From NCBI GenBank assembly GCA_002269645.1, contig NIVC01000698.1:76731-140730 (forward strand): DNA of 64,000 nucleotides, given 5' to 3'. A program made the position numbers and the translations under genes. The DNA comes from Macrostomum lignano. Its lineage: Eukaryota. How positions within the stretch are numbered: position 1 is the first letter of the stretch; every line of letters starts with the position of its first letter. Below the pieces are notes generated by a model that saw only the letters and a list, made by a program, of their open reading frames with translations, had not been told where the DNA came from and did not search any database. Of this stretch, positions 37,190 to 51,690 are shown piece by piece.

Positions 37190-39548
37190 GTATATTTATA
37201 TTAAATAAAAACAAAATATTTTGGCCATAGACTTTTGGCAGCTTTTTAGTATTAAATTCAAATATATTATAACAAGTTTTGAAGTGTAGAATTAGTGTTT
37301 ACTTAGGCTTACTTTTGCTCTTGGCTTAAGTCCCTTAAAAGTAGTTTTCTTATAACTTGAGGATTAATTTCCTAGAAGCAAAATGATTTAACAAATAGAA
37401 CTTGACAACTGTACATTTTATAATGTTCTTCCAATATCTATTTTTATAGAGTTGTAAAACACACAAGAATGTCTTAGTTTTTTTAAAAAAAGGGAAATTT
37501 TAAAAGCATCTTTACTTTTAATATACTTTGCACCTATAGACTAGTATATTTGATATACTTTATACGTAATTATAAGCAAGGAATTTTTTGCAGTCTTATA
37601 GTTTTGCACATCTAATTATTTTTTTAATTTTTAACAAAGTTTTAACAATGAAACAATAGAAAGTTTATTAAACTACTAAATGAAGAGTCTCAGACAGACT
37701 CAATCCATCTGGGTATCAAACAGGGCTTTAGGTGTGCCAAAGTTGCAAAGGTCTATTGTAAGTTGTATATATATGATGGGAATTATACTAATGAGTAGTG
37801 GATACTATAGGGCATCTAGCTATGATTGCATAAGAAAAGTTGTTGCTTAAGATTGATAATAAAGCCAGCAAGGCAAGAAATCTCTCAAAATCCCTGTCAT
37901 TCCTACCTTAGTTCCTTTTAAAAAACATGGAATGATTACAGGTTTTGGCCATAGGCATAGCTAATAGCCATCTCAAACTAGTGGACTTAGCCAAATAGAT
38001 ACATTGCTATACATTTAACTTGTAAGAGTTTCAATATATATTTGTGATAACTAAGGAAGCTATTATTTTTTGTAAAATATTTAAAAGTGCAAAACTAAAA
38101 ATTACAAATGCATGATACCAAAAAATTGAGTGCACATCCATTCTCAAAACTATGCTGGTATTGCGACAATATGACTTTTTTAAGTAATGACAATAAATTA
38201 CCTTTTTTAAATTTCATAATGGACTTTTTTGCAAATAATTTGGTTGATTTATATGCTTTTTTGGCAATACTATTTATAGTGGAAAATTGATACACACAAA
38301 GATTTGTTTAAATGCTTTATTATAAGCTTTAAAAAACCAGATAACTTGAAATTTATACTTAAAAATGAAATTTTCTCATATTTTTTCTACTTTATAATAA
38401 CTCTTCCCCATGATTATATAAAGTGCATGCTAGGTGTATATGCACACTTTTTTCTTAGAAATGATGCATACCAATTCTACATACCTACTTTTGGCATGCA
38501 AGGCCAATGTACACCAAATTTTTGGGCATATATTAATTAATATAACTTTAGGTAGTTGTTATTTGTCTAGTGACTAAACAAATAGGCTTTTTGCTATTTG
38601 TCCAGTTAAATTACTAACACAAGTATCTATTTGTTTACTGATAAATATTCTAGATTTTTAAGACATTTTCTCATATCCTGATTTGATTAATATTTTGTTG
38701 TATATTAGTGTACCTTTTTAGGCTTAATTTGTATAAGACATCCACTTGTATAACAATATAATAAAGATACAAGTGGGAAGTCTTTGTAGTCCATGAATAT
38801 TCATCCTCACAGTTTTTTGTAAAATAGATATTTAAGCATTATTAATTTTATTAGACAAATAACAAAATGCCTATTCGCCTGGTATTAACTGGATAAATAG
38901 GGAAACATGGCTATTATCCAATAACTAGTCAAATAACCATGTCACTATTTGTCTGGTCAATGGACAAATAATAACTGTCTAAATTCAATTCTTAAAATTA
39001 ATATTTTTAAAACTTTTACTAAAAAAACGGAATTTTTTAAAAAAGTATATTTAATCTATAAATTGCATCATTTGGTATAGGACCAAGGGGTGCTAACCAA
39101 TTTGGCAACAAATAAATTTGGCATAACAATTATATATAATGTGTACAATGTCTTTTAGTACAATGGTATTCTTCAATGCATATTAGCTTTCCCTTTTAAT
39201 TGAGTTTGTTTTATCTATCATTTATCATTATGAGTTTTAAAAGTTTTTTTTTCCAAGAAATATTTATTAATTTCAGGTTAGACAGTCTTATAAGCAAAAA
39301 TGACTTGAAAATTTCTATATGCCTAATAAGGTCTTTCCATTGGTTACAATGTTGGGGCAAGGGATTTGCAAAAAATATACCATGCAAAAAGTGACAAAAG
39401 TAACATTTTTTCAATTATTTTAACATGCTTTTGTGGCCATTATTTCACATTTCGAAACTTTCATGAGCATTTTAAGAAAGCCTTTATTACACGTATCTGT
39501 ATGAACTAATTTGCTTTAACTTGTCTTTAGCTATGAAAAGATATATTG

Positions 39549-40519
39549 TAGGGATGTCAATTCCCCGGGGAATTTTCTTATTGGGGACCCGGGGAATTTA
39601 CTGTCATTCCCCAGGCACCCTAGGGAAAAGAAAAAATAAGTAAAAAATGGCCGATAACTTAGATCTTAAGTCATTAAGTGGCATTTTTTAAACTTTGATT
39701 AAAGCTTTGGATGGACTACATGTTCAAGGCGCAAGGGTAAAAACTTTAAGCAATGTTTGTTTAAAACTGTATTTGACAATGTAGGGGTACGTCAGTACGT
39801 GGCATCACCAAATTGTGCGTGCACCTTTATCAGAAAGAGTCTAGACTCTGGAGGCGGAAAATTGCATACTCAGCAGCTACACTTGTGCCGTTGTGGGAGG
39901 ATAATTAATGAATGAGACTTTTTATAATCGGAATTTTAATTTCTTGCAGATACATGTAAATCACCATTTTGTCCTGTCTAATAGGGAGTATTTGCACCCC
40001 CCTATGCATCAGTGACTAACACAAGACATAGCGCTGTGCCTGCGTCAAATGCGTCAAGCCGTCAACGCAGACCAACACAATAGTCAGTAAGGCTTCTTTT
40101 TCCTGATGGGTTTCTACACTTGTACGTTCAATTTGCTTGATTGAAAGACTATGAAAAAAAACATTCAAACAGGTCGCTTTCATAAGACCAAAATTTCACA
40201 ATGCCAAAAATTCTGCATGCTCCTTATTGTATTGTTTTCTACAAGCTATACGATGTGAAATTTTGGTCTTATGAACCCCCCTCCCCATTCAAACGTGTGC
40301 TGTGTTTGAAATAATACATTGAAATAAGCAGTTTTGCAGTAAAAAAGCATAGACAGAGTTTTCAATCAGCTTTCTGTAAATGGTTTTTTATTTAAATGGC
40401 AAAAATAAAATTAAAAATTCTTTTTTTCTCCCCGGGGTCCCCGGTCCAATTCTCCGGGGAGTATTCCCCGACAAGCTCCCTGGGGCCCTGGGGAGCACTC
40501 CCCAGGGTCGACATCCCTA
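39549..40519. mobile_element. Non-autonomous hAT-type element, 971 bp
   Basis: TIR TAGGGATGTC...GACATCCCTA. Perfect 8-bp TSD ATATATTG. Subterminal CCCCGGGG motifs. Confidence 0.92.
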
Positions 40520-43500
40520 ATATATTGCCATATTTGCCTAGATTGTCGCTGAATTTGCTTTTGCAGAATTTGTCTAAATGTCTATATTAAATTTTTGTTG
40601 CCAAATTTGTTTGTCACTGAATTAGCATGGATTTGGACCAAGACTGCCACACACAAAAACATTCACACTTGGCAGAGCTAGGCTTTGGGCAGGAATTTGG
40701 CTCAATGTGTTATTGGAATATGCTAGAGAGGAGATGAGTGGGTAAGAGAGCCAATAAGACAAGGCTACGAGAGAAGAACCTATGAAAGGAATAGCAATGC
40801 TAGAAGATTGGTAGCTCCCCTCAATATCAGTAGCTAGTAATAGCTGTGGCATGGCAGTCTTGGCGTGTGGCAGTCTTAGTCATGCACCCATAATTTTATA
40901 ACACAAAGAAACCTAAAGTCAAAGATTGTTGCATTTTTATAGGCCTATATTAGCTAGTTTCTCATTTTAAAACACTGTTAGGCCTTAACTTATAGCAAAG
41001 CCCATTTTTGACACATCTTAATCTTAGCCTTAGCTTAGGCACACACAGAATAAGCTAAAATTTAAAATAACCAAAAATGGCAAAATGACAAACAACACAA
41101 TAGTGCATTTTTAGTAGATCTATTTTAAGTACACTAGCTTGCTAGATAGAATTTACAATATTCCCTCGTTACACTGAGGTTTAGTAGTTTTATTTAGTAG
41201 TTTTCTGTACCCTATTCTTTGGCTAACTCCAACGCCTAAAAATGGACTGAAGACAAAAAGTCAACTAAATATTTTTTGCGTCGTTTACCCATAACATATA
41301 CGAAATTCGTTGAAGATAAAGCTATCAAAATTATATCATTTACCTTAGACAACTCAGTTCATAAGCCGTGCGACGATGACACTTAAAGAAGTTGGAAACC
41401 TATATAAGATCTGATTGTCTTCCTGTTGTAAGCAAAAGTGAAATTTAACAGTAAAATGTTTCGAGTTAAATTGTCGCCTGTTTTTTATTCAGAACATTTT
41501 GTGGCCACGATAGTTTAAAAAAAAGCCGTAAAACACCGGAAAAATTAAATAAGTTTTATTTAATTTAAGACTTCAACTATTTTTTCAACTCTTGTTTTGT
41601 CTTTCGTTTACCTTTTGAGTTCATGAGTAATGAATTCACTCATAGTTATAAGTGATTTAGCATTTAATTTTTTTTGTACCTTACTTCACAAGAAGATTCG
41701 ATAACCCGTGATACAAAGCAGTTTCAAAAATTGCTGAATTTTTTCTAGCAATAATTGATTTTTAAATTAGCAATAAATATATTATTCGGCACCATGAGAT
41801 TTGCCAAAAGTATCAGATCCTTGACGAGCAAAACTCAGTAGGTGGTGGTGGGGCCGTCACGTTAAAAAGCAGATTATATCTTTAACGCCTGTTCCTGTGT
41901 AGTCCACTTTGATTGTTATAAAATGAGGTCCTAGGGAAATACTTTCTGCCAGCCAGATGAAAGTCTCAAGTCAAAATTAAGTCGCTGCATAAAAAAATTT
42001 ATAGTGGCGCAGGACTAGGGACGAAGCTTTTAATCGCGATAATTATCTTTCCGGTACGTAGCGGACGAGACGATATACATGTACGCCTCGTATATGCGCA
42101 ATTGTCGTTAAAGTCGTACGTCTCGATCACCATTTTGTACTCACACTTTTTAGCTGATTTTTTAAAACTGTTTAGATTCAACCATTTGAAATGGTCGCGG
42201 TCGTCCCGCGGCCGCGATACACATACACTAATAGCTGTGTAACGTATATTTATCGATTCGTCAAACTACATCTGTATGTCTGGATGATGATCGACAAACT
42301 AATGATAAGCCTGGTAGAAGAATATAAAGAAGTGACGAAATTTTAAACTTAAAAGCTGGAAAAGCTTGTAGAGTAGGACTAAAGGGAAAAAAGAGACTAA
42401 TTTAAAGAGATTAATTTAGTGTCACGTTATTTGATGTTGGCCGTGACCCTTAAAAGGGCCGTTTTAGTCCCAAAAATAAGTTGGAGTCAACTCAGGCGAA
42501 GTGGATGGTGTAGCGGAGCACTTGGCAATAAGGCAGGAAACTGCCGTAGTCGTTTTTATTATCAATATAAATAGTAAGTTTGGTTGTTACTGGCAAATAA
42601 CAAACTATGGTTTCCTGGGCACTGGCGGCTGCAACAATGGTTTCTTTCAAGATAAATTGGATGAGTGTTCAAGCGACAGACGAGTGATGTAATGGCGACG
42701 AACGTGAGGATCAATGGCAATGAGTACAGAGAACCTAGTGAAAAATGATTCATGGATTCCACGTGGGTTCCACGTGGCCATGTGGAATTTAAATGTTTCT
42801 TTATTTTTTGCAAATTATTAACTTAAAGATGACATAATGGTATGCAAAGTATTTTTTATGCATTATTTTTTTATTTTTACTGTCCTAATGTTGATGTGGA
42901 TTTTACAAGGAATTCATGAGAAATAAGCGTATATTGATTCAACATGGAATCCACTTCGATAAAAAACTGTGATACACCACATTCATACATTTTTAGGAAA
43001 TTACTATAATTAATTATTACATTTTTATGTTTTTAAGTTAAAATTAATATCTTAAAGCTAAATTATAAACGGCAAATAAGACACTGTTTGTTAAAATAGA
43101 CAAAATAGAAGTGAACAATAAAAAACGCTTCGTGCTTTTTAAAATTAAATTAATTTTATTTTATATTCGTCAATGTTTTGGTTCAAGGCCTTGAAAGATA
43201 AATTGCCTTGTTTATGGCTATTTAAGCACCTTAAAAATTTTAGTAGACCTAGCCTATAGGCAATAACTTATCAGGCCATAGCCTCCATGAGATTAGAAAT
43301 TAGATAAATCAGTATTTTATCATAGATAGGCCTAATACTTTTGGTAAAATCCATGATAAATTTATTTAGGCCTAGGCCTCGAATTTCTAGAAATCCCATG
43401 GCCATGTCCATAGATTGGCTACTCATTTGTTAACTTAAATAGACCTTTAGAAGTTCATAATTTCCTCTTAGTCCTACCTATTATTAGTCCTATCTATTTA

Positions 43501-43875
43501 TATGTATGCTTATTATTAGGCGTATTTTAAGCTAGGCCTGCTATAACTATCAATTTAGGTCCTTCTATTTTAATTAAGGTTAGGACTAGCTTGACTTTGT
43601 GAATTGTGACTAGTCAATCTAGTTAATATGTTAAAAATCAATTAATTTATGATTTTCTTCAAAAAAGTCTGTTAGCATCTTTTGGACTTGTTGCATTTTT
43701 AAAAACAATATTATTAATTATAATAAATAATTCTTTGCAATTACACTTGCAACTTGCTTTTGGCATAGCTAGCCTAGCAGATCCCTAAGGTTGCTATTAA
43801 AAATAAAGAATGATTATTGTAAATTTGATCTGATTTAGGCCAAGTCCAGAATTTAATTTTAAGCCATAAGGCATA

Positions 43876-44174
43876 CATACATGCGCAACAGTCGGCCAAG
43901 TCGGCCGATCCGGCCGACCGATTTGGCGGCCAACCAAGGAAGTCGCAAAAATGCCCACCCGAAAAAATAACCAAATAGTAGTACTAAGTAGCTGACGAGG
44001 CATTTTGGATTAATAACACAGTTATAGTTACTCCTGCCGTTTACCTAAAGTTGCGTTAATTTTGCTTTAGGGTTTTTTTTACATGTAAGTCGCATTTTTA
44101 GCCAAAAACTACGTCGCATTTTTGTTAAAACTAAGTCGCATGGCCGACCGAATTTTGGAGGTTGCGCATGTATG
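43876..44174. mobile_element. CATACA-ended MITE, copy 3 (299 bp, best preserved)
   Basis: Perfect 14-bp TIR CATACATGCGCAAC/GTTGCGCATGTATG. Perfect 8-bp TSD AAGGCATA. Confidence 0.93.
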
Positions 44175-44224
44175 AAGGCATAGCTATTTAGGCTTAGGTT
44201 AGGCCTAATGTTTAATTATACTAT

Positions 44225-44583
44225 TTTTTTATTAGAGGCAGGGGGGTTGTGTGCACCCTGGCGCACTTTAAGCGACATAGGCATTCAACTGGCAAGAGGC
44301 ATTGCTGCCCATTCCGCCAACTCCCCTAAGCAGGCACACAAGTGTGCGGATATGTATGCAAGCACACTCATACAGGAATGTACAGCGGCCCTAGCTTTAT
44401 TTATCATTAGGCATGTATACTTTACTGTGCCTTGGGGGGTTGGCTCTCAAGGCCATTAATTGCATGAGCAGAGAGCCAAGCTGAGATTCCAATTCAGCCC
44501 CAAATTAATATGACTGTACTTGGATTCGAGCTTGGGTCGCTGGCACACTAGAGTAGCTGCGCTACTACTTGGCTACGGCCCCC
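44225..44583 (-). mobile_element. Probable tRNA-derived SINE
   Basis: Minus-strand head GGCCGTAGCCAAGTAGTAGCGC...AGCTCGAATCC (A box and decayed B box) and an A-rich end. A related fragment lies at ~44995-45090. Confidence 0.5.
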
Positions 44584-45227
44584 CTTTTAATCATACTAGG
44601 CCAGCAAATATGAAAAACATGCATTGCTTTGCCTAAATACTTTATAGTCTAAAATCAATTTTAAAATAAAAAATTAAATTTATAGAAACATATATTAATT
44701 ATTTTTATACTTATTATTTTAATTTTATTAATTTTATTTTATTGATTGACTTAGGTAGGGTTTTCTTTTTTGCTAGAGACAAGGTGCAAAATCATACCCT
44801 ATGCTCACTTTTAGGGTTTTATGATTTTAAGGCTTAGAATGTAGTTTCTTTTTTTTCTTATATAAAGGCAATGCAAATAAGGCTTCAACATAAAAATAGG
44901 TAATGAGATCGCACCTAAACTGTATCAACTTTTTAATTTCAGTTTTCAAGGTACAATTTTAAGATTTAGGGTGCACTTGACTTACTTGACTTAGCTGCAG
45001 GGGGCTCTGTGCATCTGGAAATAGCGAGGAGGCATTGCTGCCCATTTCGCTAACCCCTGGCGAAGGCATATGCACACTTTGCGCTAAAAAAATAAACCTA
45101 AGACTTAGGCCTAGTTAATTTTAAAATAAACTTTATTAAGTATTCATCCTTAAATTAGTTTTATGAATTATATCAATATTATGTATCAATCTTAATTGGC
45201 AACAATTATTTTTCTATTTCATTTCAG

Positions 45228-45550
45228 CCTAACATTACATGGCCCATCCTTAAACTTGGATGTCACCTTGGTCTTGCCTTTGAAGAAGCATGCAAAGCTA
45301 CTTGGAATTGGAATTTAATATCTCGAATGCTACCTTTTGTGAAGCAATGGTAAGTTTTAGTTATAAACTGATTTTTTTCTGTCATCAAAATCTGTTATAA
45401 GATCAAAATCTATCAAAATCTATTACAAAATCTGTTATCAATCTGTTATAAAATTCTGTAATTTAACCCCTTTCTTTTCTAAGGTTGCTCACCTGACCTG
45501 AAGAAGCAGCATTCTGGCAATTGGCAGCAGCATGTTTCTGACTGTTCTAA
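45228..45550 (+). pseudogene. Two putative spliced exons of an unidentified, probably transposon-borne, gene
   Basis: TTTCAG|45228-45349|GTAAGT is open (PNITWPILKLGCHLGLAFEEACKATWNWNLISRMLPFVKQW). The next acceptor at 45483 continues in phase (LLT*PEEAAFWQLAAACF*) with TGA stops. Confidence 0.4.
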
Positions 45551-48500
45551 TTCTGGTGCATTATATTATTGTTAATTAATTAATGCTATTGACAATTTCA
45601 ATTTCAAATTATATATTATATCATATGCGCAGCGCAACTTTAAAGATATCAATATCTACATCAGTGTGTTTATTCTTTGTGTGCCAGTGACTCACTACTG
45701 TACATAAATACACCTTACTTATTGATACATCCTTTTTGAATATATTTTTGTGCAGAAATATTTTTGGCTATAGCTAATGTTTTATCTGTGTTTCAGTTTC
45801 TTTTATATGGTATTGAGATCTGGGGTTTGTATGAAATTTTGAGATCTGGTATTATTTTGAGATTTAGGATGCAACAATTTATTATGGCAACCAGTATAAT
45901 GGCTGCTTACTCAATGACAATGTGGATTCTATGTGAAATACATAATTACTTCCATGTGGATCTTCCATGTGGAATCCATATCTTGATTCCACATGGATGG
46001 ACGGAGACAAATGCACATATGGATTTCATATGAAAAATCCACATGGAATCCATATCATTTTTTTCACTGGGAAGGCAGGGAGACGTAGTAGTCAGGCAGA
46101 TGAGCAGTGGCGAGGTTGGCGTCAGCCGTGGCGTGAGGCAGTCAAGTAAGCGTGTGAGTAGGCTGGCCCAGACAGAGGGGCCGTGGCGAGAAATAAGGAG
46201 GCTCGAGGCAGCCAGACAAACAGATGAGACAGCCAGGGAAGGAGAGAAGAAACGGGACAGGAGAGACGAAAAAGCGTGAGGGGTGCCCGCCGCCAGGCGG
46301 GGGGTTTAATAAAAGAGCGCAGAGGGGGGTAGCGCGAGCACGCGTGATTTCATTGGCTGGCGAGAGAACTTAAAATTATCGATCGTGCCATTTTTATGCG
46401 GTCGCGAGAGAGGATAGCAAAATATACAGTGAATTAGAAATTGCCACAAAATCGTTGGGCACTACTACAAGTAAACGTCGCAATAAACGGATGGAAAAGT
46501 TTAGTTGAAACGGTGAAACTGAAGGGTTGAATGACTATGGGAAAACAGTAGTCCAACGGCCCTTTTCGGGACCACCTTAAACTGACAACGTCACATTAGA
46601 GACAAATTTATTTTCCTCATAGATCCTTTCGATATAAATCATGAAGTGACCCAAATGGTAATGAGCGTGTTGCACTTGTACCATAAAACGATAGAGACAC
46701 TAACCATTGCCTCTTGTCAATCAACTCTACCGCTATGGATATATTGAAACACGACGAGAAGTAAAACGTGATGCTCGTTTCTAGGAAGATATTTTAAAAA
46801 ATGTCCGTCAGTAAATTGTATTTAAATTACTGATTATTTATGGCGAATCTTATAATTACTTGAACGCACGCACGCACGCACGTTAATTATTTTATTTGAA
46901 GATTTTTTTTAGTCTTCAACAGTTTCAACAGATGTAGATTGTCACCTGTCAAGTGTCAACTAGTACAACAAACGGTGAACTCTTTACATAGTACTCTTGC
47001 TTGTGCCTTTAGCACATGATGAAATAAATACGAATTAGAGGATTTGAGTAGACTACAATGGAGTCCAGAATATAAAGATAAGCAACCGGTTAAGCGAGAG
47101 CGCCCACTGGGGGGGCTGCGGCGGCTGAGGTCATGTCTGTTTTATAGATGTCATTCATTCATTCATGTCATTCCCTCTCGGCTCTCCCTGCTGCTGGCTA
47201 GTAATGGGAAATGGCAAGGTCCAAAATATAGATGCAGCCTGCTCAAATTTTTTCTATAATAAACTAACACATTGCTAGGCCCTATGGAACATGATAAATA
47301 TCAGTTATTTTGCCAATGTATTGTATTGTAAGGTTGAGTTGAGTTAGGCAGTTAGTGAAGGTCAATTTTGACTCTATCTTTTGATTGATTTGCATGTTTA
47401 TTATATAAGTAATTTCCTGCCTTCTAAAATAATATTACTGCTAACACAAAAGTTGTTATAATGCTTTCCTCTATTTATAATAGTCTTATTACTAATTTAA
47501 ATTATGGATTACAAAATCCAAGTTTTTTGCAATCCCAGGATCAGAAAAATATAGATTTTTAAGCTTCTGGGTTGAATTTTTAAGGCAAAATATTAGTATT
47601 AAAAGTAATATTTGAGACTATTTTTGCTTCTATTTTTGATTGTTATATAGAGATAATAATCTTTTTTTAGAAAAACAACATTATCTTATGACATATTTAA
47701 GTAAGTTTAAAAATTCGTACTAATAGTAGTAAAGAAGCAAATCATATATTAAAATTTATATTTGTCATTGGTATAAATTTTATATTTAAATCTATGATGC
47801 AAGGTTTAAAAAGGTGCCATACAATGTAGTGTAATTAATAGAAATTAGCATAGTATAATAAACTTGTTATGGGCCAATTATGTTCATATTACAATATTTG
47901 TAAACATAATAATAAAAATTAGTCCTAGGATTTGGGACCCCAAATTCTGGGACTAGAAATCCCAATATTTGGGCCAAATCCTGGGATTTTGGGATCCTAG
48001 GATTGCATATTACTATAAAGGGATTTTTGTGGCACAGCTCTAGACAATTTAGTGCTCTAAAATGATATACCTTGAATTATTTAATATATATCTTATTTAT
48101 AAATGATTTTTAGTTCTCTTAATGTTAGGGTCTTATAATATTTTCTCAAATCACTATAGTTAAACAAAAGTTGGGTAAGAATTTAAATATGATTTTTTCT
48201 AAGAAAGTATTAGAGCTAAAGTATTATATAGTAGTTTTTAGGCTTGTAATAATGAATTTAAATAAATGTTTATGCATTTTGATTTTTCATTACAAATAGT
48301 ATAGGCAAAAAGATAAATATCAACTAAAAAGGGCTCTTTATACAAGAAAAAAGGTCATTTACAAAAAAATTTATTGTAACACCAGCCTAGATTTTAGATT
48401 CTAAAGACTCAAAAGACTCAATCAAGACTCAATCTTTTTGAGTCTTGATTGAGTCTCAAAAAGCTTTTGAGACTCAATCAAAAAGGGGCTTAGCTTAAAA

Positions 48501-48589
48501 AATGTAATGCATGTCTATCCTATTTTAAGTTTATCAAAAAGACAAAATATATAGGCCCTTGTATTGGCTCTTCAAATTATGCTAAATTA

Positions 48590-49358
48590 TCTATACCTAT
48601 AAAAACCAAAACTCTGTCTGTCTGTCTGTCTGTGGACAAATTACTTCGCTATGGACTCCCAAACCGCTCAACCAAATGACACCAAACTTTACACCCACCC
48701 TAAACTTACTACGGAGAATGTCTTAGGCTACCTTTAAATTTCCTAGACTCAAGTCTTCCTACCTAAAAGTACAAAAAACTGCTCAAAATGCGCGATTTTT
48801 TCACTAAATCCTCCACAGCGCCGCTCCACGTTTACCGATTCTCTTCAAATTTGACGCAGACAATCTTCAACTATTTTGGCACAATTATGTAAAATTTCGA
48901 GTCTCAAAGTTAATCCTGAGCGGTGCTGTGCACTTTTAAAATTAGGCTGTTTTTTTCAGCGTAGCAACCACCCCAACCTCCGCCTGCCTCTCTTTCCCGA
49001 TCTGGGCCCAGATGTGTAAAAGGGGTTTCAAAATTAACTAACTTTCGGCTGCCATAAGTTTGCTCCACGTGAAGTGATTGACTTCAAACTTGACACAATT
49101 CTTCATTGACCCATTCTCTATCTAAATGTAAAGTTTCAACTCTGTAACTCAACCGAAAAAGAAACTGTAAGCATGTGAAGTTTGTCTGCTTTTTCTGTTG
49201 TTTGTGCCACTCACTCACTCATTCCCCCAGCCCAGACGAAGGGTCAGGCGATAGGGCTGAATGTACATAGCAAATGTACAGTGTTTTGGAATAACTTTTT
49301 AATAGCCTTCTCTGTACCCCCGCGCGTGGAGAGGCTACGTTTAGCCATGACAGTTTAG
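48590..49358 (+). mobile_element. Non-autonomous Helitron-like element
   Basis: Lies between A and T. The 5' end is TCTATACCTATAAAAA followed by (CTGT)n. A subterminal hairpin GGCTACGTTTAGCC (49333-49346) sits ~12 nt before a TTAG end (CTAG-like). Confidence 0.6.
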
Positions 49359-49814
49359 TGAGAAATTCTAACCACTGTCCTCTGTATTGGCAAACTCTGC
49401 AGCAGTTTAACAGTGGATGGCAAATCGAGGGAATCCAGCATGGTTTGTAAAGCGAAAGATTTATGAAAAGGCGATACAATGCAATACAACCCTACTAAAT
49501 TAGTCACACCATGGAAATTTTTGGTTTCTCTTAAAAATACTTTAAATTTTAAATGTCCTCCTAAGAAATGCGTATTTCCTTGGTTGTTAGACTGATGCAG
49601 ACTGCAGTGGAGCTGAAAATACACAAATTCCTTTCAGGACTGCAAATTGGCAAGAAAGATGACATGATCAAAGCATGAGAACAGCCATGAGAGTACTACG
49701 TCCAACAAACTGGCTTTCCAAGCAGGAATGGGCAGACTTTTACTTCAAAAGCCAGATAAAGAATCCAGTATCCAGCTTATGTGCGGGCCAGATGAGAGTG
49801 GAAAGGAGAAGAAT

Positions 49815-51075
<1,261 letters not shown>

Positions 51076-51414
51076 AGAAATTTTAAAGGATCCAAGGGAC
51101 ATAGAGAGAGTCAGGGAGAGGCCAGAGTTTGCCAATACCCCAGCAAACAATATCAACGTTTGCCTCAAACCATAATTTTACACGAATTTGCTCCATTTTA
51201 TGTCTACCTCTATCCTACTATTTATTTGTTTGTGTATGGCCTTAGATTTCAGAATACATGCAAAAGTAGTTCCGGGGATTAGAATTACCCGGGTTCAAAA
51301 TCCGCGGGTTTCAACAGCTTGTAAATATATATAAAAAGCTTGACAAATTGTTTCCTATGAAATTGTACTTGGTTAATTTAATTTACTAATATTATTACAA
51401 TCTATACCTATAAA

Positions 51415-51690
51415 CATACATACGCAACCCCCCTGATTTACACTGGCCATGCAACTTTTTTTTGACCAAAAATGCAACTTACCTGTGAAAGAAACCCTAG
51501 AGCAACATTAATGCAATTTTGGGTATATGGCAGGAGTAACTATGACTGTCTTATAAGGGCTAAATGTCTCATCATCTAATTAGTACTACGTCTATATTCT
51601 TTGGGGTAGGCATTTTTGCAACTTACCCCTAGTCCACCACAATTTACAGTGGCCAGATTGGCCAGGTCGGCCAGCAGTTGTGCATGTATG
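51415..51690. mobile_element. CATACA-ended MITE, copy 4 (276 bp, opposite orientation)
   Basis: Ends CATACATACGCAAC...GTTGTGCATGTATG. Perfect 8-bp TSD CCTATAAA. Confidence 0.9.

Larger units (their letters stand above)
42734..46071. mobile_element. CMC/EnSpm-like DNA transposon, ~3.3 kb, with nested MITE and SINE
   Basis: Ends CCTAGTGAAAAA and TTTTTCACTGGG, flanked by AA on both sides (2-bp TSD). Subterminal repeats of ATGGA(A/T)TCCA/CCACGTGG type at both ends. Confidence 0.65.

Noticed and set aside
42400-46610. Outer inverted repeat (~42420-42467 versus ~46555-46600) as a larger element around the CMC-like insertion
   Set aside because: The similarity is short and gapped (mainly AAAAGGGCCGTT), and no TSD was found.
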